This document shows, piece by piece, positions 18,540 to 27,369 of a DNA stretch of 36,402 bases. Under the pieces are notes generated by a model. That model was not told the origin of the DNA and did not search any database. It worked only from the letters and a program-made list of their open reading frames with translations. Where the stretch lies: positions 1-36,402 of the forward strand of contig CAJWGW010000003.1 of NCBI GenBank assembly GCA_913041175.1, given 5' to 3'. The first letter of the stretch is position 1; each line of letters starts with the position of its first letter. A program made the position numbers and the translations under genes. This stretch comes from an uncultured bacterium. GTDB lineage: Bacteria > Patescibacteriota > Minisyncoccia > Phycocordibacterales > UBA2163.

Positions 18540-19141
18540 CTTCTGTATACTCTTCCGTGGCTTGCCTTGTCCTGCCGAACTAATTCAATTATCTTCTCTA
18601 CAAGTGTTTTGGGATCAGAATCAAATATAATTTTATCGTTTACCCGATTGCTTGCTTCAATTACATGCTTTATCACTTCGTCTGTCTCCCAATCACCTTC
18701 CAAGATTCCTATCGGCTTGCCATCTTCATATGCAACGGTAAATTCATTGATTGTGCCAATTCTTCCGCAGCCTATAAATACAGCGTCTGCCGAGCGCGTC
18801 AAAATCAAGTTTCTCCCTGAATAGCCAAACCCCGTGTAGATAATAACATCCAAATGATCAAGTGGGAGACGGTAGAACTCTAAATGCTCTTCTTCTGTGG
18901 AGGCAGGAGAAAATCCAATTGAGATACCATTTTCTTCTTTTGCACCTGTTGCAGCCCAAAATGGAAACCCCGTCGTAGCACCAGTTGTCAAAATTGCTCC
19001 CTGACGAACTATTTCTCTGCCGAGTTCTTTGCCCTTTTCAAACGCATCAAGTCCGCAATGGCCAGTTTCTGCTGCGCCTGATACGCAGAGTTTTAGTTTA
19101 TCGTGAGCATGTTTATGTTTTCCGTTTTTTTCTCCGTTCAT
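18536..19141 (-). CDS. LOG/SLOG family Rossmann-fold nucleotide-binding protein
   Basis: ELGREI...G..LTTGA, GFGYSGRN, G.RIGTINE...A....KPIG. Confidence 0.8.
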   Translation of the reverse strand: MNGEKNGKHKHAHDKLKLCVSGAAETGHCGLDAFEKGKELGREIVRQGAILTTGATTGFPFWAATGAKEENGISIGFSPASTEEEHLEFYRLPLDHLDVIIYTGFGYSGRNLILTRSADAVFIGCGRIGTINEFTVAYEDGKPIGILEGDWETDEVIKHVIEASNRVNDKIIFDSDPKTLVEKIIELVRQDKASHGRVYRS

Positions 19142-19155
19142 ATATAAATATTATA

Positions 19156-19569
19156 TCAGATTTGTTTGCTTCTTTGAAATTTCCATACTGCGTATAAAGA
19201 TGCAGTAACCGCACCAAGTGTATCCATCAGAAGGTCAACGGACGTATCAAGTGGATAATCTGTTGCAAATACCAGCACACCTGCATAAATTTCAAAAATC
19301 TCCCAGAGTACCCCTATTACAATAACCGAGGCAATTGAAACAGTGAATATGTTACGCGCTGAAAGTTGTAAAGTGAATTTTTTGGCGACACTTGAAAAAA
19401 AGAAGAACCAAATTGAAAAAATCCCAAACCAAAGACCTCCGAGAAAATGCATAAGATTGTCAAACCACGGAAACGTCCAGTACAGGAAAAACTGCATGGC
19501 ACTTATATGTAATATTCCGATTATTAAAACTAATATGAAGTTCGTTAAAAAAAGTGGATGTTTAAGCAT
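19156..19569 (-). CDS. Four-TM membrane protein (VanZ/YjdF-like)
   Basis: WFDNLMHFLGG, LWEIFE, DT..DLLMD.LGA motifs. Confidence 0.7.
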   Translation of the reverse strand: MLKHPLFLTNFILVLIIGILHISAMQFFLYWTFPWFDNLMHFLGGLWFGIFSIWFFFFSSVAKKFTLQLSARNIFTVSIASVIVIGVLWEIFEIYAGVLVFATDYPLDTSVDLLMDTLGAVTASLYAVWKFQRSKQI

Positions 19570-19596
19570 GTCGAATTATTATACCAAAAATTTAAA

Positions 19597-19635
19597 TTAA
19601 AACCCCCTCCGCCAAGGGCGGAGAGGGGGTTTTAA
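19597..19635 (-). terminator. Terminator hairpin downstream of the 6S-like RNA
   Basis: TTAAAACCCCC-TCCGCC/GGCGGA-GAGGGGGTTTTAA long GC-rich stem. Confidence 0.75.
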
Positions 19636-19637
19636 GC

Positions 19638-19760
19638 AGGGTTACTAAAGTATTGACCACGATTAATACCATGTGGGTGTCCTTAGTGCTGAACCAATGG
19701 CGCAACATCCTCAAGACTCCCTGAACAATGAGTAAACTAGACAATACTCTAACTAACCCT
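19638..19760 (-). ncRNA. Compact 6S RNA-like rod-shaped RNA
   Basis: Promoter TTGCAA-N16-TATAAT (19794-19767); 5' AGGGTTAGTTAGAGTATTG pairs with 3' CAATACTTTAGTAACCCT; internal GGGAGTCTT...AAGGACACCCAC resembles the 6S signature; terminator follows. Confidence 0.65.
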
Positions 19761-19848
19761 ATCTACATTATACTCCTATGAAAAACTTTTGCAATATTGT
19801 TTTCACTAAAAATTTGTATCGTGCATATCTATTCGTTCGTCTAAGCGA

Positions 19849-20050
19849 GGTGTGTCGTTTGAAATAGCCTTATTCGTCGGAACGTAGCAAGTTCTGTTCA
19901 AAGGACTTCGCAGGCCGAGCGGGCAGGGTTCGAGCGTAGCGAGAGAGCGAGGCCGAGACTGAGCGCGTGCTCACGCTGGGAGTACGACGCGTGCCTTTGA
20001 GAAGAAGCTTGCGGAGTGGAGTTTATGTGTGCTTTTCAAACGAGCATACC
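19849..20050 (+). repeat. GC-rich nested inverted-repeat element of unknown class
   Basis: Arm pairs 19849-19868/20031-20050 and 19887-19904/19994-20012 enclose two inner hairpins. Confidence 0.7.
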
Positions 20051-20060
20051 GAGCGGTCCT

Positions 20061-20675
20061 TTATTCTAAAATCCCGTCCAAATCAACATCATAAAGTATT
20101 GCTTCTTGTACAAGACGATAGTTTACCATTTCATTTTCTTTAAACCAAAGTTTGATTTCTTTTTCTGCTTCTTCCACGGAGCCGGAAGCATGAAGAACAT
20201 TTCTTACTGCTCTTCCGTCTGTGTCAGACATTACATATGAATCCAAGACAAAGTCCCCACGGATTGTACCGACGTCCGATGTCAATGGTTCTGTTGTTCC
20301 AGTAATCTTTCTGACAATACCTACAGCATGTGCACCTTGCCACACCATAAGAACAACTGGTCCGCTTGTCATATATTTTTTTAAATTTTCAAGAACTATT
20401 TTTGTAATCTCAAGAGGATCTTCTGATGGTGGTGTGAGTCCTTTCTTTTTATAATTAGCAATATTTTTTTCTCCAGTCTTTCTCATCCATTCAGGGTCAA
20501 TTGTATAATGCGTTTCAATAACTTCTGGTTTTGGAATAACTATTTTAAGACCGATAAGCTTAAGTCCGATTTTCTCATATCGTTTTATTACTTCTCCAAC
20601 GAGAGACCTCTGAACTCCGTCAGGTTTTATAATTACAAAAGTCCTTTCTTCTTTGTGATGTTTATTTTTTGCCAT
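20061..20675 (-). CDS. ndk: Nucleoside diphosphate kinase
   Basis: ERTFVIIKPDGVQR, YMTSGPVV, GTIRGDF, RNVLHAS. Confidence 0.96.
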   Translation of the reverse strand: MAKNKHHKEERTFVIIKPDGVQRSLVGEVIKRYEKIGLKLIGLKIVIPKPEVIETHYTIDPEWMRKTGEKNIANYKKKGLTPPSEDPLEITKIVLENLKKYMTSGPVVLMVWQGAHAVGIVRKITGTTEPLTSDVGTIRGDFVLDSYVMSDTDGRAVRNVLHASGSVEEAEKEIKLWFKENEMVNYRLVQEAILYDVDLDGILE

Positions 20676-20697
20676 AGTAAGCTTTAGTAATACCGCA

Positions 20698-21483
20698 CTA
20701 CTCTCCTTTAGTCAACACCTCCGCATCACCTTCTGTGATTAAAATTGTGTTTTCAGAATATGCCCCACGTTGACCATCAGCTGTTTTGTAAGTATGTCCA
20801 TCTTCATCTAGAAAAACCTTTCCACTTCCTTTGTTTATTATAGGTTCAATTGCAAGCGTCATACCTGCTTTAAGTTCAGGTCCTTCTCCCTTCTCGCCAA
20901 AATTTGGTACTTCTGGAGGTTCTGACAACTCACATCCAACACCATGACCAACAAGTTCATAGACAATGCCGTAACCATGAGGTTTTACGAACTGTTCAAT
21001 GGCATGTCCTATATCACCAACTGTATTTCCAGCACGTGCCACTTTTATACCTGCTTTAAGTGCTCCTTCTGTAACATCAATGAGTTTCTGATCTTCTTTA
21101 CTTATTTTCCCAACTCCAACAGTCAATCCTGCATCCACAATAAGACCTTTGTGCTTTAGACCACAATCAAGCCCTACTATATCGCCTTCTTTTAAAATTT
21201 TTTTATCCCAATTTGGAATACCATGTACAACTTCATTATTTACAGAAACACATAATGTTGCGGGGTATGAATCATCTTTAGAATAAGGACGTATTGAACC
21301 TTGTGGCTTGTAATTTAGAAATGCTGGAATGTCTCCACCTTTTTTTATAAGTTTCTCTGCTAAATCATTTAGCTCTTTAGCATCTACACCAGGTTTAACT
21401 AATTTAACTACTTCATCCAATACAAAAGCAAGGCGTTTACCGCCTTCGCGCATTATTTCTATTTCTTCTTTTGTTTTAACCAT
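20698..21483 (-). CDS. map: Methionine aminopeptidase type I
   Basis: CVSVNNEVVHGIP, GDIVGLD, GHGVG, GMTLAIEP; follows adk. Confidence 0.95.
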   Translation of the reverse strand: MVKTKEEIEIMREGGKRLAFVLDEVVKLVKPGVDAKELNDLAEKLIKKGGDIPAFLNYKPQGSIRPYSKDDSYPATLCVSVNNEVVHGIPNWDKKILKEGDIVGLDCGLKHKGLIVDAGLTVGVGKISKEDQKLIDVTEGALKAGIKVARAGNTVGDIGHAIEQFVKPHGYGIVYELVGHGVGCELSEPPEVPNFGEKGEGPELKAGMTLAIEPIINKGSGKVFLDEDGHTYKTADGQRGAYSENTILITEGDAEVLTKGE

Positions 21484-22069
21484 TTATCTTTTTTATAATT
21501 TCTTCGTGAACTTCTTCAATAGTCTGTTCGCCATTTATTTCATGCACTGTATAATCAGGATTATTTCTAAAAAATTCTATTGTGGGTACAACATTTGTGT
21601 CGTACCATTCAATCCTTTTTTTAATATGCTCTTCATGGTCGTCGTGTCGTCCTCTTTTAAGCAATCGCTCCACCCCCCATTCATGTGATACATTTAGAAT
21701 TATGACTTCTGGTTTTCTTCGATTATAAAATTTTAACGCTTTATCAAGCACAGGCGCTTCATCTACCCTACGCGCAAGTCCATCAAGTATCAAGTTTTCT
21801 TTTCCTGTTTTGAAATTATCTATAAGAAAATCAGACCACATCCATATTGGAAGAAACTCTGGCAATAATTCTCCACTATTAATGATATCTTTCGTCAATT
21901 TGCCCGTATAATTGTCTTTTTTCATAAACTCCCTAAAACGCGCTCCTGTTTCTATATAAAGAGTTTCATTTTCACCTACTTCCCTTTCGATGTATTCCTT
22001 AAGCAAAGATGCCTGTGTACCTTTACCAGAACCAGAAGACCCATAGAAAATATATGTTTTTGGTGCCAT
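21476..22069 (-). CDS. adk: Adenylate kinase (short LID type)
   Basis: G..GSGKGTQA, ILDG..R...A, RGR.DD; lies between secY and map. Confidence 0.9.
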   Translation of the reverse strand: MAPKTYIFYGSSGSGKGTQASLLKEYIEREVGENETLYIETGARFREFMKKDNYTGKLTKDIINSGELLPEFLPIWMWSDFLIDNFKTGKENLILDGLARRVDEAPVLDKALKFYNRRKPEVIILNVSHEWGVERLLKRGRHDDHEEHIKKRIEWYDTNVVPTIEFFRNNPDYTVHEINGEQTIEEVHEEIIKKING

Positions 22070-22108
22070 TACTTAAGTATGGAATATAGAGAGAAAAGTA
22101 TCAAGTTT

Positions 22109-23383
22109 TTAATACTCCCTCATTGAGATTTGTGCTTCAATCTTTCTTATAAGGTCTATGACTACAGAAACTGCAATGAGGAGTGCCGTACCACCAATTG
22201 CAAGCGCTGTGATACCGGTGACTGCCTGCATTCCAAGAGGAATAACTGCAATAACTCCCAAGAAGAGCGCCCCAACTAAAGTGATACGTGTAAGGATTTT
22301 CCCAATATATTCTGATGTAGTTCTTCCTGGTCGTACCCCTGGCACGAACGCTCCACTTTTTTGTAAGTTCGTTGCGATTGAATCTGGGTCAAAGGTAACA
22401 GCAGTATAAAAATATGTAAATGCAAATACAAGTAAAAAATAAAGTCCAGCGTAGACCCAGCCATTTGCTAAAATCCCCAGTATAAAATTAGATACTGACG
22501 ATATTAAAACGCTGTTAATATTCGCAAGAAAATTAAATACCATCTGCGGAAAAAGAAGAATTGAAAGTGCAAAAATAATTGGGATAACACCAGCCTGATT
22601 GACCCTTAGGGGCAAATATGTAGAAATGCCACCATAGACTTTCATACCCCTGACACGCTTCGCATAAGTAATCGGTATGGGTCTTTCTGCCTCTGTTACT
22701 ACCACCACGCCCGCTGTAATGAAAAGTCCGACTGCAATGAACCCGAGGTAGAGCGGAACCTGTGACACATCAAAAGTAAAGATAAGCTGACTTATAGTAC
22801 TTGGAAGACTTGCGACAATTCCGGCAAAAATTATGAGCGAAACACCGTTACCAATACCAAATTCCGTAATAAGCTCACCTATCCACATCAGAAGTATGGA
22901 GCCGGCGGCGATAACAAGTACGTTTGTAATGAGTCCAAAGAAACCAAGGTCAGGAACAATCCCTTGTCTTGTGAGAAGTATTAGAAAGCCGAATCCTTGC
23001 ATGAACGCAAGCGGAATCGTCAATAATCGTGAGTACTGGCTAAATTTCTTTCTTCCTGCCTCACCCTCTTCTTGATATATAGCTTTGAGTTTCGGTGACA
23101 TAATAGTCAAAAGTTGCATTATGATGGATGCGGTAATGTAAGGCGCGACACCAAGCATCACAATAGAGAGATTTGAAAGTCCACCACCAGAGAAAATATT
23201 CAAGAGTCCCAAGAATTGGTTGTTTGAGAAGAACTGCTCCAAGGCAAGTACATCAATCCCTGGAATTGGAATCGTCGCTAGAAGTCGGAAAACGGCGAGA
23301 GCGGCAAGTACAAAAAATATCCTCTTGCGTAGAGTGACATCTTTGAAAACTAAACTTAATTTACTTAAAAAATTTGAAAACAT
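22109..23383 (-). CDS. secY: Preprotein translocase subunit SecY
   Basis: IPIPG, LGVAPYITASII, WIGELITEFGIGNGVSLIIFAGI, AGVIPIIFA, PGVRPG, GGTALLI. Confidence 0.98.
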   Translation of the reverse strand: MFSNFLSKLSLVFKDVTLRKRIFFVLAALAVFRLLATIPIPGIDVLALEQFFSNNQFLGLLNIFSGGGLSNLSIVMLGVAPYITASIIMQLLTIMSPKLKAIYQEEGEAGRKKFSQYSRLLTIPLAFMQGFGFLILLTRQGIVPDLGFFGLITNVLVIAAGSILLMWIGELITEFGIGNGVSLIIFAGIVASLPSTISQLIFTFDVSQVPLYLGFIAVGLFITAGVVVVTEAERPIPITYAKRVRGMKVYGGISTYLPLRVNQAGVIPIIFALSILLFPQMVFNFLANINSVLISSVSNFILGILANGWVYAGLYFLLVFAFTYFYTAVTFDPDSIATNLQKSGAFVPGVRPGRTTSEYIGKILTRITLVGALFLGVIAVIPLGMQAVTGITALAIGGTALLIAVSVVIDLIRKIEAQISMREY

Positions 23384-23389
23384 AGTATT

Positions 23390-23824
23390 TTATATTTTAA
23401 CTTTTCCACCGGCTTTTTCAATCTGTCCTTTTGCACTTTCCGAAACTGTACACCCTGAGACTAACACTTTCTTTGATAGTTTTCCGGTCGCAAGAATCTT
23501 TATCGTAGGGATTTTACCTTTACGTCTATTCACAAGACCGCTGTCAATCAATGTCTTGGGAGATACTTTGTCCCCTGCTGAAAAAACATTTTCTATAGAT
23601 GACAGGTTAACTGGTACTGATTTTGGACTTACAGATGCAAATTTATAACCTCTCTGCTTTGGGATTTTCTTTATAGCATCGCGTATTTCAGGACGAATGC
23701 TATGCCCTGACCTTGCCTTCTGGCCCTTGTGCCCACGCCCAGATGTCTTGCCACGCAAACCTCCGCGTCCAACACGCTTTTTGCTTTTTGCTTTTTTATT
23801 TCTTTGTAATTGATGAAGCTGCAT
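23390..23824 (-). CDS. rplO: 50S ribosomal protein L15
   Basis: KRVGRG..RGKTSGRGHKGQKARSG, IEKAGG. Confidence 0.97.
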   Translation of the reverse strand: MQLHQLQRNKKAKSKKRVGRGGLRGKTSGRGHKGQKARSGHSIRPEIRDAIKKIPKQRGYKFASVSPKSVPVNLSSIENVFSAGDKVSPKTLIDSGLVNRRKGKIPTIKILATGKLSKKVLVSGCTVSESAKGQIEKAGGKVKI

Positions 23825-23838
23825 ATTTTTACATTAAA

Positions 23839-24435
23839 TTAAATGAGTTGTTTCAGCGCTTTTATAGTAGCTTTTGCATTGTTCAATTTATTCTTGCTTC
23901 GCGAAAGCATTTTCGCCGTTACGTCTTTTATGCCTGCAAGTTCAAGCACGTTTCTTGCTGAAGAGCCTGCAACAAGACCTCTTTCAGGCGAGGGAATGAT
24001 CTTAACCACTGATGAAGTGTACTTTGCATCAACATCATGAGCAATTCTCATATTTTTATCAAGCGGTACTTTTATCATATTTTTCTTCGCATCTCTTGTC
24101 GCTTTCTCAATCGCAAGTGCTGTGTCTGATGCTTTCCCAATACCAACACCCACGGAACCCTTACGATTACCAGAGATTATCGCAACAGAGAAACTAAATC
24201 TTCTTCCTCCTGCAACGACTCTCGTCACTCTTCTTATACTAATTATCTTTTGGTCAAACTCAGACCGTGGCCTTTCTGCCCGTCTTGGAGACCTTTTCTT
24301 TTTATTTTTAGGTCTTTCATTTTTTTGAAATCCGCCAAAACCTCCTGATTTCCCGTCTCGACTCGGTCGATTCGAGGCGGATTTAATATCCGGTTTTGTG
24401 TTTTTTTCTTCTTTTTTTTCTTGTGTCTTCTCCAT
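23839..24435 (-). CDS. rpsE: 30S ribosomal protein S5
   Basis: RVTRVVAGGRRFSF, VGVGIGKA, VLELAGIKD. Confidence 0.97.
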   Translation of the reverse strand: MEKTQEKKEEKNTKPDIKSASNRPSRDGKSGGFGGFQKNERPKNKKKRSPRRAERPRSEFDQKIISIRRVTRVVAGGRRFSFSVAIISGNRKGSVGVGIGKASDTALAIEKATRDAKKNMIKVPLDKNMRIAHDVDAKYTSSVVKIIPSPERGLVAGSSARNVLELAGIKDVTAKMLSRSKNKLNNAKATIKALKQLI

Positions 24436-24440
24436 AATTA

Positions 24441-24791
24441 TTAAAACTTAAGTCCCCCTTCCCTTGCGCCATCGGCAAATGCTTTTATCTTTCCTGTATA
24501 AAGAAATCCTCCTCTGTCAAACACAACATTTTTAATCTTTTTTGCAATTGCTTTTTTGGCTATCTCTTTTCCTGCAACTTTTGCCTTTTCGGTCATTGTT
24601 TTACCTTTCTTTGCATCCGTAAGCGTATTAACAATAGTAACGCTGTTGTCGTCATCAATAAGCTGTGCATAAATACGCTTGTTTGATTTGTATAGAGAAA
24701 GTCGCGGAGTTTCTTTTGTGCCAGAAACCCGCGCTCTTATCTTCTTATGACGCTTTACTCTGTTTCTTGTTTTTTCGTTAATTTTACTCAT
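24441..24791 (-). CDS. rplR: 50S ribosomal protein L18
   Basis: PRLS.YKSNK.IYAQLIDD, VVFDRGG..Y.G, AREGGL.F. Confidence 0.97.
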   Translation of the reverse strand: MSKINEKTRNRVKRHKKIRARVSGTKETPRLSLYKSNKRIYAQLIDDDNSVTIVNTLTDAKKGKTMTEKAKVAGKEIAKKAIAKKIKNVVFDRGGFLYTGKIKAFADGAREGGLKF

Positions 24792-24796
24792 AATTT

Positions 24797-25333
24797 TTAA
24801 GTAACTGCCCTTTTACCCTGCTTTCTTCTTACAACTTCATTCTCATATCTAATTCCCTTACCTTTATACGGCTCTGGTTTTTTGGTGGCGCGAACCTTTG
24901 CAGCAAACTGTCCTACTGTTTCTTTATTAGAGCCTATTATGCTGATAACATTTTTTTCTACTTCAACATTAAGTCCTTCGGGAACTACGAATTTTACAGG
25001 ATGAGAAAATCCTACATTAAGAACAATGTCATTACCTTGTTTGTCTACTTTGTACCCGATACCTTCAACTGAAAGTTTTTTCGTAAATACTTCGTTAACT
25101 CCCTTTATCATATTTGTTATATGTGATGCGTAAGTTCCCCAAAGCATGTTTGACTCATTTGTAATTTTAACAGGTTCAAGTGTTATCTCTTTTCCTTCAA
25201 TTTTAATATTTATATCCGGCTTGAAAGAGCGAGAAAGCTCTCCTAAAGGACCTTTTACAGAAACCTTGCCTTGAGAGACATTGACTTCTGTTTTATCGGG
25301 GATTGAAATTGGTTTTTTGCCTATTCTACTCAT
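24797..25333 (-). CDS. rplF: 50S ribosomal protein L6
   Basis: MSRIGKKPI, VKGPLGEL, GFSHP, PEPYKGKGIRY. Confidence 0.98.
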   Translation of the reverse strand: MSRIGKKPISIPDKTEVNVSQGKVSVKGPLGELSRSFKPDINIKIEGKEITLEPVKITNESNMLWGTYASHITNMIKGVNEVFTKKLSVEGIGYKVDKQGNDIVLNVGFSHPVKFVVPEGLNVEVEKNVISIIGSNKETVGQFAAKVRATKKPEPYKGKGIRYENEVVRRKQGKRAVT

Positions 25334-25378
25334 AAATAATTTTATAAAATTAAAAATTGGAAATTAAAAATTTATTAT

Positions 25379-25771
25379 CTACCATATCTTGAATAAAGCC
25401 TCTCCTCCCATTTTCTTCTTGCGAGCCTCTTCTCCCGTTAAGATACCGTCTGGGGTAGATAATATTATAGCTCCTTTACCGTATTTTACAGGGAAAATTT
25501 CAGAAGTTTTTTTGTATATTCTTCTTCCCGGTTTTGAAATGCGTGTCACTCCGTTTATTCTGGGGCTTTTGCCTTTATATTCAAGTTCAATATCAAGATA
25601 TTTTTTTATCTTTTTTCCGCGTCGAGATACTGATTTTGTATACCCTTTCTCTTTGAGTTTTTCTGCAACTTGAAATTTAAATTCAGAATATGGTACAGAA
25701 ATTACTGTTTTACCGGCGTTTCCGGCATTTTTAAGCTGTATTATTAAATCTCCTATAGAATCGCTTACCAT
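25379..25771 (-). CDS. rpsH: 30S ribosomal protein S8
   Basis: D.IGD....LKNA, RISKPGRRIY, ILST..G, GGE....W. Confidence 0.97.
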   Translation of the reverse strand: MVSDSIGDLIIQLKNAGNAGKTVISVPYSEFKFQVAEKLKEKGYTKSVSRRGKKIKKYLDIELEYKGKSPRINGVTRISKPGRRIYKKTSEIFPVKYGKGAIILSTPDGILTGEEARKKKMGGEALFKIW

Positions 25772-25950
25772 GATGATTTCTTTATTCCGGGGATCATTCC
25801 TTCGTTTGCAAGTTCTCTAAAACAAATACGACAAAGATCAAAATCTCTCATATATCCACGACCTCTTCCGCATTTAAAACAACGTCGAACTACTCTCGAT
25901 TTGAATTTCGGCTTTTTCTTTGACCTTGCTATTGTTGATGTTTTTGCCAT
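25765..25950 (-). CDS. rpsN: 30S ribosomal protein S14 (short, Zn-binding type)
   Basis: 61 aa; RC.KCGR, CRICFRELA..G.IPG..K.SW. Confidence 0.97.
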   Translation of the reverse strand: MAKTSTIARSKKKPKFKSRVVRRCFKCGRGRGYMRDFDLCRICFRELANEGMIPGIKKSSW

Positions 25951-26010
25951 ATTCCTAAAAAAACAAGCCCCCGTGAGCTTTGTTAGAGTGTATCAGAAAA
26001 CGCCCTATTG

Positions 26011-27369
26011 TCAATCAATTATCTCTATTTCATCACTTAACTCCTTCTTGGATTTTCCAATGAAAACTATAGCACCTGCTGAAACTACTATTATGCTGAA
26101 AATTGCCAAAAGCCATTTAAACATACTGCTTTCTTTATCCTGATTATTTATACTTGAAATGACTGACGCTGTTTGAATAGTATTTTCTTGCGGCTCTTTT
26201 AGTGCCTCTTTTTGTGGTGGATCTGCTTTTGTAATTATCGGTTGTGCTGTAATCGTTTTTGTAGCAACAGTCTTTTGCGGAATTTTAATTTGCTCAAATG
26301 AAACTGCCTCTACGCCGTTTGGATATAAAAGTGATGCATCATTAGTATGAGTATTTAGACCAGTTACATCAGAAGAAAATATTAATTTCTTGCCGGACAA
26401 AATAATCGTATCTTTTGGAACCATAAATCTTTTCCCCTCTGCTTCTAGTTGCCACCACGAAAGATTGAGTTCACGATTTGATTTATTATGTATTTCAACA
26501 AAATCTTCCTGCACTTTTGAAACAGCAAGTTCCGCAGGATATGCATTTACAATAATCCTATCAGATGCAGAATATTGCCCTGATGAAATACTTAACGTTA
26601 CTACATACTCGCCGGGATACCCATAATAATAAAGTACATTCTGTCCTTCTTTGGTCTCACCATTTCCAAAGTTCCAAGTATATCTTGCATTATCAAGCGG
26701 TTGCATCTTTAGTCCAAGCGACTCCCCTTCAAACAAAGTATCAGCACCAACTACCACATTTCTATCTCCCCCTGCATCTGCAAAAATCTGCTGTTCAACT
26801 GGAAAATTGTTTGTAGAAGATGAACTGCTCGAACTAGACTCTGAGCTCTCTTCTTCTTGTTCACTTTCCTCACCTCCTCCTGAGCCAGAGTTAGCCAGAC
26901 CGGGTGTTGGGAGAGCAGCACTCCAAACACTTAAAATTAGCTGAAGTGAGTTGCCGTCCTCGCCTGCACCGAGTTCTATGTCATATGTTAATGAATCAAT
27001 ATCATTTAAATCTGCGTCTCTAATAGCAATAAGCTCTCCTGTGTTTTTTAGAGAGAAAGAACTGTCAAATAAGTTGCCAGAAAAGGAGGGCCAATCAATT
27101 AGAAATTTGTCAGGATTGTCAGAAATAATCGCAACATCACTGGAAGACAGTGTTGCGTTACCTTGAATCAAAGTAAGTCCATGATTTGTTCCATTCTCAA
27201 AAAATTTCCACGTCGATATATCAACTGAATCTCCTGTATTTTCAATTTCAACCCACTCTCTACCTGTATCACTTCCTTCTATGTCATACATCACCTCACT
27301 TATAACAACCTGCGCGTTTAGAGAGGAAAACGAGGCAAAAAACATTATAGGGATGAGAATATATTTCAT
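26011..27369 (-). CDS. Surface protein with lamin-tail (LTD) and PKD domains, C-terminal TM anchor
   Basis: Signal peptide, VVISEVMYD..G.D..REWVEI.N and PTPG (LTD), ADAGGD..YTWNFGNG..Y..PG.Y.VTL (PKD), second LTD-like segment. Confidence 0.8.
   Translation of the reverse strand: MKYILIPIMFFASFSSLNAQVVISEVMYDIEGSDTGREWVEIENTGDSVDISTWKFFENGTNHGLTLIQGNATLSSSDVAIISDNPDKFLIDWPSFSGNLFDSSFSLKNTGELIAIRDADLNDIDSLTYDIELGAGEDGNSLQLILSVWSAALPTPGLANSGSGGGEESEQEEESSESSSSSSSSTNNFPVEQQIFADAGGDRNVVVGADTLFEGESLGLKMQPLDNARYTWNFGNGETKEGQNVLYYYGYPGEYVVTLSISSGQYSASDRIIVNAYPAELAVSKVQEDFVEIHNKSNRELNLSWWQLEAEGKRFMVPKDTIILSGKKLIFSSDVTGLNTHTNDASLLYPNGVEAVSFEQIKIPQKTVATKTITAQPIITKADPPQKEALKEPQENTIQTASVISSINNQDKESSMFKWLLAIFSIIVVSAGAIVFIGKSKKELSDEIEIID

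Noticed and set aside
19592-19708. 38-codon ORF MLRHWFSTKDTH... on the - strand
   Set aside because: It runs through the rod structure and the terminator; extensive pairing favours a non-coding RNA.
19849-20050. RNase P RNA or SRP RNA as the identity of the GC-rich element
   Set aside because: No GAGGAAAGUCC / AGAACCCGGC-type P4 motifs and no SRP helix-8 CAGG-GNRA-AGCAG pattern on either strand.
25334-25378. Short AAATT-periodic AT-rich spacer between rpsH and rplF
   Set aside because: Too short and low-complexity to separate from background.
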